Part shown: positions 47,799 through 58,791 of the stretch, in pieces
Position numbering within the stretch: position 1 is the first letter of the stretch
Layout of the letters: each line of letters begins with the position of its first letter
Assembly: GCA_963796275.1 (NCBI GenBank)
Contig: CAWCKY010000004.1
Location: 224,001 to 288,000, forward strand
Direction: 5' to 3'
DNA from: an uncultured Acidobacteriota bacterium
GTDB taxonomy: Bacteria; Acidobacteriota; Blastocatellia; RBC074
DNA: 64,000 bases
Made by a program: the position numbers and the translations under genes
Notes under the pieces: model-generated
Told to the model about the DNA's origin: nothing
Databases searched by the model: none
Seen by the model: only the letters and a program-made list of their open reading frames with translations

Positions 47799-49022
47799 TT
47801 AAGGTTTGATCACCGCTTCAATCAATTCGATTCGTTCAACAGGTGTTTGCCCATCCTCCCGCCGGTTCACCTTCTCCAACAGGTCTAGCGTCTCGAAGCC
47901 GTCAACGACCCTTCCGAAGATCGTATACTTGCTGTCGAGATTGGGCGCGGGCGCAACCACCAGGAAAAATGAGGTCGCCGCCGAATCAGGATCATTGGTG
48001 CGCGCCATTGAAAGGACTCCGCGCAGATGTTTGCGCGTCTGGCTGAATTCGCCTTTCAATTTTCGCACCCATTTATCGGCATAATGTGACGTCTGGCCGG
48101 CGCGCGTCTCACCCACTCCCCCCTGCACAACGAAGCCGGGCACGATGCGGTGAAAAGCCGTGTGATCGTACCAGCCTGTCTGCACCAGCTTCAGAAAATT
48201 TCGGACATGTTCGGGCGCGAGCTCCGGTTCGAGCGCCACGGTAATATCGCCGAGACTGGTATGCAAGAAAACCTCTTTTCGCATCTCATCGATGCCGGCG
48301 TCCGTGAACGGCTCTTCGCGCTTCGGCTCGATCTTGATGCTCAGGATCTTGACCGGTGTGACGGTTTTCTGCTCGGCGTCAGCCTCGACCAGCGAAATCT
48401 TATCGACAACCTCTATCCCCTCGGTCACCTGGCCAAAAGCCGAGTATTGACCATCGAGAGCCGATTGCGGCGAGGCGCAGATAAAAAATTGTGCGCCATC
48501 GCTGTTCGCCTTTCCCGAGATGCGCACGGTCGAAACGATGCCGCGCACGTGTTTGACATCGCTAAATTCATCGGGGATCTGGTTGAGTCCCCCTGTCCCC
48601 CAACGCGCGCGCGGCGTCTTCGTATCTTTCAAGAGCGGGTCGCCGCCCTGAATGACCCCGCGCTCGATAACGCGGTGGAATGCCGAGCCGTCATAAAATC
48701 CGCCCCGCGCGTTCTTGACGAACGCCTGTACGTGCTTCGGTGCTTTGTCGGGAAGAAATTCAAAACGAATCGTCCCCAGATCTGTGGTGATAACCGCTTC
48801 GAGCTTGGCCGCTTCCTCGAGCGAAACCGGCGGCTCCGCTCCTGCCCGGGGTGCGTTCTTTTTCCGCGGCGGTTGCGCCAATGAAGTTATGCTCAGCAAT
48901 ACGAAGCAGACCAGTACCGCGAACGATTGCGAGCGAGTCTTCACCAATCGATCATTGAGAATTGGCTCGCCAGCGCTTGAGGAGCTGTCCGATTCGAGCC
49001 GCGCATGCCGCGATAGTCTCAT
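47799..49022 (-). CDS. Tandem two-domain cyclophilin peptidyl-prolyl isomerase, probably exported
   Basis: Two YDxxxFHR...QGG...FF...Y..FG.V domains; ATGA overlap with trpE (a later GTG start is possible). Confidence 0.9.
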   Translation of the reverse strand: MRLSRHARLESDSSSSAGEPILNDRLVKTRSQSFAVLVCFVLLSITSLAQPPRKKNAPRAGAEPPVSLEEAAKLEAVITTDLGTIRFEFLPDKAPKHVQAFVKNARGGFYDGSAFHRVIERGVIQGGDPLLKDTKTPRARWGTGGLNQIPDEFSDVKHVRGIVSTVRISGKANSDGAQFFICASPQSALDGQYSAFGQVTEGIEVVDKISLVEADAEQKTVTPVKILSIKIEPKREEPFTDAGIDEMRKEVFLHTSLGDITVALEPELAPEHVRNFLKLVQTGWYDHTAFHRIVPGFVVQGGVGETRAGQTSHYADKWVRKLKGEFSQTRKHLRGVLSMARTNDPDSAATSFFLVVAPAPNLDSKYTIFGRVVDGFETLDLLEKVNRREDGQTPVERIELIEAVIKP

Positions 49023-50530
49023 AACTCTTTCTCCGCCATTTCGATCGCGCGAACCAACGCGCGCGATTTGTTGATCGTCTCCTGATATTCCATATCGGGG
49101 ATGGAATCGGCGACGATGCCCCCGCCCGCCTGTATGTATGCTCTTTTGCCGCGCGTATACATCGTTCGAAGCACAATGCATGAATCCAAATTCCCTGAAT
49201 AATCGAAGTACATTACCGCCCCGGCATAGGCTCCTCTGCGGGTCGGTTCGAGCTCATCGATGATCTCCATGGCGCGGACCTTGGGGGCTCCTGACAAAGT
49301 GCCGGCGGGGAATGTCGCGGCGAGCGCATCGAAGCAGTCCAGACCCTCCTCGAGCGTAGCCTTCAACGATGAAACCAGATGCATGACGTGCGAGAATCGC
49401 TCGACAAACATTAAGCCGGCGACCTGAACCGAACCATACTTCGCGACGCGGCCGAGATCGTTGCGCCCCAGATCGACGAGCATAACGTGCTCGGCCCGCT
49501 CTTTTTCGTCAGCGAGCAATTTTTCCGCCAGTTCGTCATCCTCGATTTCAGTCTCGCCGCGCCGGTATGTCCCGGCGATCGGTCGATATTCCAATTGCCC
49601 GCTCGCACAGCGGACGAGCATTTCGGGAGAGGCCCCGAGTAACGTCTCGTCTCCTCCCAATTTCAAAAAGAACATATACGGCGATGGATTGATAACCCTC
49701 AATGCCCGGTAGACCTGAAATGGATGCGAGGCCAGGTCGGTTTCGAATCGTTGCGAAAAGACGACCTGAAAAGCATCGCCGGCGCGGATGTACTCCTTAA
49801 TCCGGTCGACCGAGGCGAGATAATGCTCCATCGGCATATTCGATCTGATTTGCAACGGCTCCGTGCGACGCGTTACCGGCGGCAGTTCTACCGGCGCAAG
49901 GAGCGATGCCTCGAGTCGCGCAATCTCGCCGCAGGCCGATATATATCGTTCGCGCAGATTGTCGCCATCCCTCGCGCCTTCCGTAAAAACATTGGCGATG
50001 ATATGAATTTGATGTTTGACGTGATCGAATGCGAGGAGGCTGGAGAAGAACATCACCATCGCCGTGTCCATCTGCAGATCGTCTTTGGCCCGATCGGGCA
50101 GGCGCTCGAACCAGCGCACGGCATCGTATCCGAAAAACCCGACCGCTCCGCATGAAAATGGAGGCAAGCCAGGAGGTTTGACCGGACGCTCGCGCCGCAT
50201 CATTTCGCGTAACACATCTATCAGAGAATCCTTGAGGCTCTCGCGTTTCCCATCGGCTCGATCGATCGTCACTTCATCGCCTCTGGCTCGCACGATCGTG
50301 TGAGGGGCACAGCCCAGGAAGGAATAACGCGCTATTTTCTCTCCTCCCTCGATCGATTCGAGCAAGAAAGCGTGCTGCGATTTGCGTTCGATGCGCAGAT
50401 AAGCCGAGACGGGCGTGAGCAAGTCGGCCATCACCGTTTTGACGAGAGGCACAACCGTCCCCTGCGCGGCGAGCGCGAGAAACTCTTCGTAAGTTGCTGG
50501 TGTTATCTGGGACATAGAGACAGATGCCAT
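49019..50530 (-). CDS. trpE: Anthranilate synthase component I
   Basis: FLLES, NPSPYMF, EHVMLVDLGRND, PAGTLSGAPK, QAGGGIV. Confidence 0.96.
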   Translation of the reverse strand: MASVSMSQITPATYEEFLALAAQGTVVPLVKTVMADLLTPVSAYLRIERKSQHAFLLESIEGGEKIARYSFLGCAPHTIVRARGDEVTIDRADGKRESLKDSLIDVLREMMRRERPVKPPGLPPFSCGAVGFFGYDAVRWFERLPDRAKDDLQMDTAMVMFFSSLLAFDHVKHQIHIIANVFTEGARDGDNLRERYISACGEIARLEASLLAPVELPPVTRRTEPLQIRSNMPMEHYLASVDRIKEYIRAGDAFQVVFSQRFETDLASHPFQVYRALRVINPSPYMFFLKLGGDETLLGASPEMLVRCASGQLEYRPIAGTYRRGETEIEDDELAEKLLADEKERAEHVMLVDLGRNDLGRVAKYGSVQVAGLMFVERFSHVMHLVSSLKATLEEGLDCFDALAATFPAGTLSGAPKVRAMEIIDELEPTRRGAYAGAVMYFDYSGNLDSCIVLRTMYTRGKRAYIQAGGGIVADSIPDMEYQETINKSRALVRAIEMAEKEL

Positions 50531-50644
50531 AGCATCTCGAAATCGTTTGGAGTTGCTCGTACGTTTGGAGTTTTTTTGGAGTTCCGCGTTTTGCGGTATT
50601 CTCCCCGGTAAATCTCCCGGTAAAAACCGCCGCTCTTGACCTCC

Positions 50645-51040
50645 CTATACCTTCAATTGTTCGCAAGAAAACTCTAAAAGATTTCCATCGGGGTCTTTTA
50701 TCGTGCAGAAATATCCTACGATCGGGCCGGCATACTGCGGCTCATCGACGAGAATCCCCGCGATTCGCGCCCGCCCGGCAATCGCATCGACGTCAGCGCG
50801 CGAACTGACATGAAATCCGAAGTGATCCATCCTCCCCTTCGCACCTCCCTCGTCGCTCTCGACCAACACAATAATCAAGCCCGATTGATCGTGCGCGAGC
50901 CTCACCCACGAAACGCGATGTGCCGATCCGGCGTCCTGCCGCTGGTGTACCACTCGCATGGCAGCCCACTCGGTGTAAAATCGAGCGGCGCGCTCCGTGT
51001 CTGCCGTCAACATTGCAACATGATCAAGTCGTTCAATCAT
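50645..51040 (-). CDS. VOC/glyoxalase family protein
   Basis: [21 protein letters not shown]. Confidence 0.85.
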   Translation of the reverse strand: MIERLDHVAMLTADTERAARFYTEWAAMRVVHQRQDAGSAHRVSWVRLAHDQSGLIIVLVESDEGGAKGRMDHFGFHVSSRADVDAIAGRARIAGILVDEPQYAGPIVGYFCTIKDPDGNLLEFSCEQLKV

Positions 51041-51825
51041 TTCTTTTTGCCGGTTCGCTCGTTCAACTCATTCAGGATATCCTGCAGACTGACATTTCGT
51101 TCGACCATCAACACGAGCAGGTGATAAAGCAGATCGCTGATCTCAGCCGAAAGCTGCTTCCTCCCCTCTTCCAAATCGGTGTTTTTTGCCGCGATGATGG
51201 TTTCGGCCGACTCTTCACCGACTTTCTTCAAAATCTTGTCGAGCCCGCTATTGAACAGATAAGTAGTGTATGAGCCTTCGGGGCGTTGATCTTGCCGCTC
51301 CTGTATCAGGTTGAATAAATCCTGGAGCAGGATGCCCAGGTCCATAGCCGCCACATTGACCAGAGAGAGCGCTGTCTGCGCCTGTTCGATCTTTGACTCC
51401 GGTTTTTCTAGCAGTCCGGCCGCTTGCCCTCCCGCGTCCTCTTCGTTGCCCCCACGACTGGGATTTGAAATTTGAACTCTCTCTTTATCACCCCCAGTGG
51501 CTCCGGCAGTTTGAAAGAAGCAGGTTCTCTCGCCCGTATGACACGCCGGTCCTTTCGGATCGACGCGCACCAATAATGCATCGCCATCACAGTCGAGTCT
51601 GATATCCACCACCCGCTGGATATTTCCCGATGTCGCGCCTTTGTGCCAGAGCTCCTGCCGCGAACGACTCCAGAACCAGGTCTCACCCGTCTGCAAAGTC
51701 TTGGCGAGGCTCTCCGCATTCATATAGGCGGCCATCAAAACTTCGTTCGTGCTATCGTCCTGAACGATAGTTGTGATCAGGCCGCGGTCATCAAAAACCA
51801 GATTGTGAATCAGCGCTTCAGTCAT
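51037..51825 (-). CDS. hisIE: Bifunctional PR-AMP cyclohydrolase / PR-ATP pyrophosphatase
   Basis: [22 protein letters not shown]; SYT, KKVGEE, DLLYH. Confidence 0.96.
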   Translation of the reverse strand: MTEALIHNLVFDDRGLITTIVQDDSTNEVLMAAYMNAESLAKTLQTGETWFWSRSRQELWHKGATSGNIQRVVDIRLDCDGDALLVRVDPKGPACHTGERTCFFQTAGATGGDKERVQISNPSRGGNEEDAGGQAAGLLEKPESKIEQAQTALSLVNVAAMDLGILLQDLFNLIQERQDQRPEGSYTTYLFNSGLDKILKKVGEESAETIIAAKNTDLEEGRKQLSAEISDLLYHLLVLMVERNVSLQDILNELNERTGKKK

Positions 51826-51862
51826 GACTCGGATATAAAATCATTTATCGATATAACATCAA

Positions 51863-52615
51863 TTATCGAACGAGTATACCGCGTTGGCGCAGATACTGCT
51901 TCGCCTCGCCAATGGTAAATTCGCCGAAATGAAAAATGGAAGCGGCCAGCACGGCGCTGGCCTTCCCCGCTGTCAGTGCTTGATGAAGATGTTCAAGATT
52001 TCCCGCCCCGCCCGAAGCAATTACCGGGATATTCACGGCTTCGGCAACCTCGCGTGTAAGTTCGAGATCATATCCGTCTTTGTGACCGTCGCGGTCCATA
52101 CTGGTGAGAAGTATTTCTCCTGCGCCGAGTTCTGCCGCTTTCTGCGCCCACTCGATCGCATCGATTCCCGCAGGCGTACGCCCGCCGTGGAGAAAGACTT
52201 CCCAGGCATTCCCCTTTCTTTTGGCATCGATGGCGACGACGATGCACTGCGCGCCAAAACGCTCCGCTCCCTCCCGAATCAGGCTTGGATTTTGCACGGC
52301 GGCTGTATTGACCGAAATCTTATCCGCGCCGGCTTTCAGAATCATCCTGATATCCTCAACCGTGCGGATGCCGCCTCCCACGGTGAAGGGGATGAAGACG
52401 CGATCGGCGACGCGCCGTACCATATCGGCTACGATCTCTCGCCGATCCGAGGACGCCGTGATATCCAGAAAGACCAGCTCATCCGCCCCCTCGCCATCAT
52501 AACGCGCGCCCTGCTCTACTGGATCGCCCGCGTCAATAAGATTGACGAAGCTTATGCCTTTTACCACGCGGCCGCGGTCTACATCCAGGCAGGGAATGAT
52601 TCGTTTCGCAAGCAT
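51863..52615 (-). CDS. hisF: Imidazole glycerol phosphate synthase cyclase subunit
   Basis: [34 protein letters not shown]. Confidence 0.98.
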   Translation of the reverse strand: MLAKRIIPCLDVDRGRVVKGISFVNLIDAGDPVEQGARYDGEGADELVFLDITASSDRREIVADMVRRVADRVFIPFTVGGGIRTVEDIRMILKAGADKISVNTAAVQNPSLIREGAERFGAQCIVVAIDAKRKGNAWEVFLHGGRTPAGIDAIEWAQKAAELGAGEILLTSMDRDGHKDGYDLELTREVAEAVNIPVIASGGAGNLEHLHQALTAGKASAVLAASIFHFGEFTIGEAKQYLRQRGILVR

Positions 52616-52763
52616 ATTGATGGCGTCTGCGGAACCCGATTATAGATGCGCAATCACAGACAGAAGGAGGTAGGGAAGTTATATTTCCCGACCTCTCTCC
52701 TTCTATTGTATTTTTGTCAGCTTGTTATTTCTGCGGCGAATCTTCAATCGCAATTCGCAGCCG

Positions 52764-54344
52764 TTATAAATTAATCTGTTTCACCGAAATTACGTGCTGG
52801 ACTTTTGCCAAATCAGCCAGCGTCGCTGAGTCCAGCGCGCTGTCGATCTGATAGACGGCCATCGCCGTCCCGCCCGCGCGATTGCGGCTCAGGTAAAGTT
52901 GGGCGATGTTTATCTTCTGATCGCCGAGAAAGCTGCCGACGCTGCCGACAACTCCGGGCTGGTCATCATTCTGAAGAATCAACATCTGGCCTTCCGGCAC
53001 GGCTTCGAGCCGATAAGACCCGATATTGACGATCCGGATATCTCTGCGTCCGAATAGCGTCCCGGCCACTCTGCTCTCATGCGCATCATTACGCACCGTG
53101 ACTTCGATCAAGCTCGTGAAATCCTGCACCCCGAGCTCCTTCGATTCGGTCACGCGCAGGCCGCGCTCTTCAGCTATCAAAGAAGCGTTGACATGATTGA
53201 CGCGCGCGCTGACCGATTTAAGCAGACCGGTGAGTACGGCTTGCGTCATCGGGCGGACATCCAGCTGAGCGGCTTCGCCGCTGAAACTGATCCTCACTTC
53301 ATTGACCGGCTTATCGAAGAATTGTGCCTGGAAGCTGCCCAGCTTCTCACCGAGCGTAATGTAGGGAATGATGTTTTCGAGCGCTTCAGCCGTGACCGCG
53401 GGCACGTTGACAGCGCCGGCGACCGCGCCGTTGAGTAAATAGTTGGCCACTTGATCGGCGATAGTGACGGCCACGGCATCTTGCGCTTCACTGGTCGAAG
53501 CGCCGAGATGCGGCGTGACGATCACGTCATCAAGAGATAGTAAGGGATGATCTGCCGGTACGGGTTCCTGTACGAAGACGTCGAGGGCTGCTCCTGCTAC
53601 TTTGCCAGCTTTGATCGCATCATGCAGTGCTTGTTCGTCCACCAGCCCGCCGCGCGCACAATTGATGATCCTTACGCCGTCTCTCATTTTCTCGAATGCC
53701 GAGCGTCCGATGATGCCGCGCGTATCATCGGTCAAAGGAGTGTGCACCGTGATAAAGTCCGCTCGTTGAAAGACTTCATCGAGGGTGCCCAATTCGATGC
53801 CGGATTTCGACGCGATCTCCCTTGAAATGAACGGATCGTATGCTATGACCTTCATCGCCAACCCCACGGCGCGCGATGCCACGATCTTACCGATATTTCC
53901 GAGCCCTATGACGCCGAGCGTCTTGCCCGCCAGCTCCACTCCCATAAAACTCTTTTTATCCCATTTGCCGCCTTTGAGTTTGCCGTGTGCCTGAGGGATC
54001 TTGCGGGCAAGCGACATGAGGAGCGAAATGGTGTGCTCGGCTGTCGTCACACTGTTGCCCGCCGCGGCGTTCATCACGACAATGCCCTTCCCCGTCGCCA
54101 CGGGGACATCGACGTTGTCGACTCCGGTCCCGGCGCGGCCGATGACTTTCAGGTTATCAGCGGCGCTGAGAATATCAGCGGTCACCTTCGTCTCGCTGCG
54201 GACGATCAGCGCTTGATAATCGCCGATGATCCTCTTCAATTCTTCCGGCTTCAATCCGGTGTTGACGTCGACCTGGAACTGTTCGTTCCTGCGCAGTAGA
54301 TCGATGCCTCGTGCGGAAAGATTGTCACTTATTAAGATTTTCAT
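52764..54344 (-). CDS. serA: D-3-phosphoglycerate dehydrogenase (long form with ACT domain)
   Basis: GRAGTGVDNVD, GLGNIG, NCARGG, TPHLGAST, NDDQPG...INIA. Confidence 0.96.
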   Translation of the reverse strand: MKILISDNLSARGIDLLRRNEQFQVDVNTGLKPEELKRIIGDYQALIVRSETKVTADILSAADNLKVIGRAGTGVDNVDVPVATGKGIVVMNAAAGNSVTTAEHTISLLMSLARKIPQAHGKLKGGKWDKKSFMGVELAGKTLGVIGLGNIGKIVASRAVGLAMKVIAYDPFISREIASKSGIELGTLDEVFQRADFITVHTPLTDDTRGIIGRSAFEKMRDGVRIINCARGGLVDEQALHDAIKAGKVAGAALDVFVQEPVPADHPLLSLDDVIVTPHLGASTSEAQDAVAVTIADQVANYLLNGAVAGAVNVPAVTAEALENIIPYITLGEKLGSFQAQFFDKPVNEVRISFSGEAAQLDVRPMTQAVLTGLLKSVSARVNHVNASLIAEERGLRVTESKELGVQDFTSLIEVTVRNDAHESRVAGTLFGRRDIRIVNIGSYRLEAVPEGQMLILQNDDQPGVVGSVGSFLGDQKINIAQLYLSRNRAGGTAMAVYQIDSALDSATLADLAKVQHVISVKQINL

Positions 54345-54416
54345 GTTTGTATGAATTCAGCCTTTCTCCATGATATTTGAGTGGATGTTGAGGAGCCGGC
54401 GGAATGGCGCGCTCGA

Positions 54417-54578
54417 CTACCGCTGCCAGGACCAAGTGTGCGAACACCAGGTTGCTGAAGATAATAAGCGGCGCCAGGAGAAGAGAGAGTGACCGGTAGA
54501 AGAAGATAATGGATGAGCGCAAATGTGAATACCACGCGCTGCACGATTCACCAGGATGTATGTCAGGTCTCCGGTCAT
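54417..54578 (-). promoter_or_regulatory. Candidate Ser-rich leader peptide (53 aa) upstream of serA
   Basis: MTGDLTYILVNRAARGIHICAHPLSSSTGHSLFSWRRLLSSATWCSHTWSWQR*: 9 Ser in the last 29 codons, stop 72 nt before the serA ATG. Confidence 0.45.
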
Positions 54579-54699
54579 TTTTTATATTTTATAGAATGCC
54601 ACATTTAAATGCCGCTTTGAAGAGGACCAGGAGATGATCTCGCCAAAGCGAAGGCTAATAATACGTAGGGCGCGTATAAAAATCAAATTTTCCTGATGC

Positions 54700-54728
54700 T
54701 TGCCTTTTCCCATTCCCACTCTTAAACT
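54700..54728 (+). promoter_or_regulatory. Putative sigma70 promoter for sucC
   Basis: TTGCCT-N17-TAAACT, 47 nt before the ATG. Confidence 0.35.
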
Positions 54729-54775
54729 CCCTCTTTATTTCGCTCGCCCCAACCAAATCGGCATGAGGCATTCTT

Positions 54776-55942
54776 ATGAAAATTCACGAATACCAAGGTA
54801 AAGAATTGCTGCGCCGCTTCGACGTCAAAGTACCGCGAGGTTTCGTAGCGCACACTGTGGCTGAAGCCGAGGCGGCAGCCAGAGAACTGGGTTTACCCGT
54901 CGTCGTCAAGGCTCAAATTCACGCCGGCGGCCGCGGCAAAGGCGGGGGAGTTAAACTCGCGAAGACGATGGATGATGTCCGCAACATGGCCGGGCAAATG
55001 ATGGGAATGAATCTGGTAACGCATCAGACGGGCCCCGAGGGGCGTACCGTGCATACGCTCCTGATCGAAGAAGGCCTGAAGATCAAAAAGGAGTTTTATC
55101 TTGGTATGCTGCTCGACCGCTCGGTCGCTCAGCTCGTCTTTATGGCCTCATCCGCAGGCGGAATGGATATCGAAGAAGTCGCGGCGAAAACGCCCGAGAA
55201 GATATTGAAGGAATATATCGACCCGGGGGTCGGTATGCAGGCTTATCAGGCGCGCAACCTGGCTTTCGGCCTGGGACTGGCGCCTGAACTCACGGGGAAG
55301 GCGACGAAGTTCATGCTCTCGCTCGCGCGCGCGTTCGTCGAACTCGATGCCTCGCTCGTCGAGATCAATCCCTTCCTGTTGACCGAAGACGGCGAACTTT
55401 ACGCGCTCGATGCGAAAATCAACTTCGACGACAACGCGCTCTATCGCCACAAAGAATTGGCCGCGCTGCGCGACCTGAACGAGGAGGCGCCGCTTGAAAT
55501 CGAAGCATCGAAACACGACCTGAACTACATCAAGCTCGACGGGAACATCGCGTGTATGGTCAACGGCGCCGGATTGGCGATGGCAACGATGGATATCATC
55601 AAGCTCGCGGGCGGCGAACCGGCGAATTTCCTCGATGTCGGCGGAGGAGCGTCGCAGGAACGCGTCGAGAACGCTTTCCGCATCCTGCTCGCCGATCCGA
55701 ACGTCCAGGCTGTGCTGATCAATATCTTCGGGGGGATAGTTCGCTGCGATATGGTCGCGCGCGGTGTAGTGGAGGCGGCTCGGATTCTGCACGTCACGAG
55801 GCCGATCGTCGTACGGCTGGAAGGAACAAACGTCGAAGAGGGCCAGAGCGTCTTGCGCGAATCTGGTCTCAACTTCATCGTGGCAGACGGAATGAAAGAT
55901 GCCGCGGATAAAGCGGTGGCAGCAGCCTCGGGCAGGAAATAA
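54776..55942 (+). CDS. sucC: Succinyl-CoA ligase beta subunit
   Basis: [42 protein letters not shown]. Confidence 0.98.
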   Translation: MKIHEYQGKELLRRFDVKVPRGFVAHTVAEAEAAARELGLPVVVKAQIHAGGRGKGGGVKLAKTMDDVRNMAGQMMGMNLVTHQTGPEGRTVHTLLIEEGLKIKKEFYLGMLLDRSVAQLVFMASSAGGMDIEEVAAKTPEKILKEYIDPGVGMQAYQARNLAFGLGLAPELTGKATKFMLSLARAFVELDASLVEINPFLLTEDGELYALDAKINFDDNALYRHKELAALRDLNEEAPLEIEASKHDLNYIKLDGNIACMVNGAGLAMATMDIIKLAGGEPANFLDVGGGASQERVENAFRILLADPNVQAVLINIFGGIVRCDMVARGVVEAARILHVTRPIVVRLEGTNVEEGQSVLRESGLNFIVADGMKDAADKAVAAASGRK

Positions 55943-56238
55943 GCGGTAAACATTTATCATTTTACATTTGTCATTTTACATTTGTCATTTGTAGAGCTGC
56001 AGTTCTTCAATGACAAATGACAATTGTAAGCGGAGGATATAAGCGGTAACGCAATTACATTTGTCAATTTAGATTTGTCATTTGTAGAGCTGCAATTCTT
56101 CAATGACAAATGACAATTGTAAGCGGAGGATATAAGCGGTAACGCAATTACATATTTGTCAATTTACAATTGTCATTTGTAGAGCTGCAGTTCTTCAATG
56201 ACAAATGACAATTGTAAAATGATAAATGTAAAATGGAA
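55940..56238. repeat. Three tandem copies (93-106 bp) of a TTTGTCA/TGACAAA hairpin element
   Basis: Units start TAAGCGGTAA at 55940, 56040 and 56133; shared core TTGTCATTTGTAGAGCTGCARTTCTTCAATGACAAATGACAATTGTAA. Confidence 0.9.
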
Positions 56239-57900
56239 TTAGATCTCCAGCACGACCGGAATAATCATCGGCCGCCGCCCGGTCTCCTTCTGGATATATC
56301 GTTTAAGATCGAGCCGGATCTTCTCTTTTATCACCGCCCAATCTACGCGTTCTTCGTGACTCGCGCACTCAATCGTCTCTCCCACGATAACACGGGCCTT
56401 GTGGAGAAATTCGGTGCCGTCATCACTCAAGGCCAGGCCGCGCTGGATCACTTCGGGCGTGGATTCCAGTTCACCCGATATTTTGTTGATCGCCACGATC
56501 GGGAGAACGATGCCATCGTAGGCCAGATGTTTGCGATCGCGCAGCACCATATCGTCTATCCGCCCAGAACCGGAGTCGTCGATCAATGTGCGGCCGACCG
56601 TCACTTTGTCGGCGACCCTTGCGCTCGATTCGTCGAGCTCGATGACGTCCCCGCTTTCGGCCAGCACGATCCGATCGCGCGGCACGCCCCAGCTGATGGC
56701 GGCTTCGGCGTGACGATAAAGCTGGCGCGTCTCGCCGTGAATCGGAATGAGAAACTTCGGTCGCACGGCTTCATACATTATCCTCAGGTCATCCTGTCGC
56801 CCGTGGCCTGAAACGTGGATCCGCGCGATGCCGCTGTCTATGACGCGCGCATCCTTTTTGAATAGATGGTTCATCATCCGCGAAATTGACCGTTCATTAC
56901 CGGGTATCTGCCGGGCCGAGATAACGACCGTATCTCCCGGAATGACGCTCGCTTCTTTATGTGAGTCAACCGCCATCCGCGCGAGCGCAGACAGCGGCTC
57001 GCCCTGGCTGCCCGTGACTAGAATGCAAACCTCTTCCGGCGACATCTTCCGCGCCTGCTGGGTGCTGATCAACTGCCCAGCTTCGATGTCCAGATAGCCG
57101 TATTTCATCGCGGTCTCGACGTTGCGAATCATGCTCCGGCCGAGCAAGGCTACGGAGCGGCCCTGTTCCGCCGCCATATCGAAAACTATCTGCAGGCGAT
57201 GGATGCTGGTCGCAAAGCAAGTGACGATGATTCGCCCGGCGGCATTTCCGAAAATCTTTTCAAATGCCGGGATAACGGCTTTTTCCGATCCGGTCCGCCC
57301 TTCCCTCTCGACATTGGTTGAATCCGCGAGCAATGCGAGAACCCCGCTGTCGCCGTACTGGTTCAACCGCTTCAGATCGATCGGGTCACCCAAGACAGGC
57401 GTCTCGTCGACTTTGAAGTCTCCCGTATGGACGATTACTCCCGCGGGCGTGTGAATCGCCAGCGCAACGCAATCGACCAGCGAGTGGGACACGCGGATGA
57501 ATTCTATTTCAAATGGGCCGAGCGCGAACTTCTGGCGCGGCTTGATGGTGTGCGTTTCCACCTTATCGATCAGTCCGAACTCCTGCAACTTGCTCTCGAC
57601 CAGGGCATGCGTGAACTCCGTGGCATAGATCGGCAGATTGACCATCTGTAGGACGAACGGAAGGGCTCCGACATGATCCTCGTGCGCGTGCGTCAGCACA
57701 ATGCCAATCAATTCATCGCGATGGGCTTCTATGTAAGTTAGGTCGGGAATTGCGATATCGGCACCGAGGAGGTCTTCATCAGGAAACATCATTCCGCAAT
57801 CGACGATTATCATCTGGCCATCGTAGCGGAATGCCGTGATGTTCATTCCAAATTGTCCGAGACCGCCCAGGGGGGTGATCTGAAGTTTGTCATTGGTCAT
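56239..57900 (-). CDS. rnj: Ribonuclease J
   Basis: [42 protein letters not shown]. Confidence 0.96.
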   Translation of the reverse strand: MTNDKLQITPLGGLGQFGMNITAFRYDGQMIIVDCGMMFPDEDLLGADIAIPDLTYIEAHRDELIGIVLTHAHEDHVGALPFVLQMVNLPIYATEFTHALVESKLQEFGLIDKVETHTIKPRQKFALGPFEIEFIRVSHSLVDCVALAIHTPAGVIVHTGDFKVDETPVLGDPIDLKRLNQYGDSGVLALLADSTNVEREGRTGSEKAVIPAFEKIFGNAAGRIIVTCFATSIHRLQIVFDMAAEQGRSVALLGRSMIRNVETAMKYGYLDIEAGQLISTQQARKMSPEEVCILVTGSQGEPLSALARMAVDSHKEASVIPGDTVVISARQIPGNERSISRMMNHLFKKDARVIDSGIARIHVSGHGRQDDLRIMYEAVRPKFLIPIHGETRQLYRHAEAAISWGVPRDRIVLAESGDVIELDESSARVADKVTVGRTLIDDSGSGRIDDMVLRDRKHLAYDGIVLPIVAINKISGELESTPEVIQRGLALSDDGTEFLHKARVIVGETIECASHEERVDWAVIKEKIRLDLKRYIQKETGRRPMIIPVVLEI

Positions 57901-57980
57901 TTAATAGTTTCGCTTTCAATATTTGTCCGCCCGAGTATATCCAAAGAGAATCAAAAAAGGCAAAATCATCAACAATTGCA

Positions 57981-58784
57981 TCATTTCTTTTCTTCCGGCT
58001 GAACCATCGCTTTCAAACGTACGATCTCCTCGATCGAGAGCGTCTCGGCGCGCCGCCGCGGATCGATCCGAGAATCATTGAGAGCAGATGCAATACCGGC
58101 CTCATCCCGTAACCCGAGCCTGTTTCCGCCGGCACGCAAATTATTGAGGATCGTTTTGCGGCGTTGGGAGAAAAGTACCTTTATCAGGTCGAGAAGCCCT
58201 CTATCATCGTCGACCGTTGGGCGCGTGCGCAATCGCACGACGCTCGAATAAACTTTCGGGGTGGGTCGAAATGCTCCGGGCGGAACATCGAACAATTTTT
58301 CAACTTCACAATAAAATTGCACCAGTACCGAAAGATATCCGTATTCTTTGCCGCCGGGTTTTGCAATCAGCCGTTCTACCACTTCGCGCTGCAGCATAAG
58401 CGTCATCTCGTTTATGCAAACGCGCTGCTCGATCAGGCGCTGCAATATCGGAGTCGCCACGTAATAAGGCAGATTGGCGACAACGCGCGCAGAGCCGCCC
58501 GCATCGACCAACCGGCAGAAATCGACATCGAGAGCATCGGCTTCGATCAACTTGAGATTGGTTATTCCGGCAAACCGCTCATTCAGTTCAGCGATCAGGC
58601 CGCGATCCAGTTCGATCGCGAAGATCTGCGCTCCGCTCTCAACCAAAAGCGCAGTGAGAGCTCCATGCCCCGGCCCGATCTCAACTATCGTTTCGTCACT
58701 CCGGGGAGAGACCGCATCAACTATGCGCTGTGGGTAGTGTGCGCCGGTCAGAAAATTTTGACCGAGTCCGCGTTTAGCTCGCAT
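57981..58784 (-). CDS. rsmA: 16S rRNA m6(2)A dimethyltransferase
   Basis: [31 protein letters not shown]. Confidence 0.96.
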   Translation of the reverse strand: MRAKRGLGQNFLTGAHYPQRIVDAVSPRSDETIVEIGPGHGALTALLVESGAQIFAIELDRGLIAELNERFAGITNLKLIEADALDVDFCRLVDAGGSARVVANLPYYVATPILQRLIEQRVCINEMTLMLQREVVERLIAKPGGKEYGYLSVLVQFYCEVEKLFDVPPGAFRPTPKVYSSVVRLRTRPTVDDDRGLLDLIKVLFSQRRKTILNNLRAGGNRLGLRDEAGIASALNDSRIDPRRRAETLSIEEIVRLKAMVQPEEKK

Positions 58785-58791
58785 TGTTATT

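Noticed and set aside
50530-50645. trp attenuator before trpE
   Set aside because: No Trp-codon leader or terminator; the spacer is a degenerate REP.
54325-54544. 65-67 aa ORFs upstream of serA listed in the ORF track
   Set aside because: Weak TTG/GTG starts, no RBS and no homology; the ATG-initiated Ser-rich third frame is the better candidate.
55940-56238. Mini CRISPR array
   Set aside because: The whole unit repeats and there are no variable spacers.
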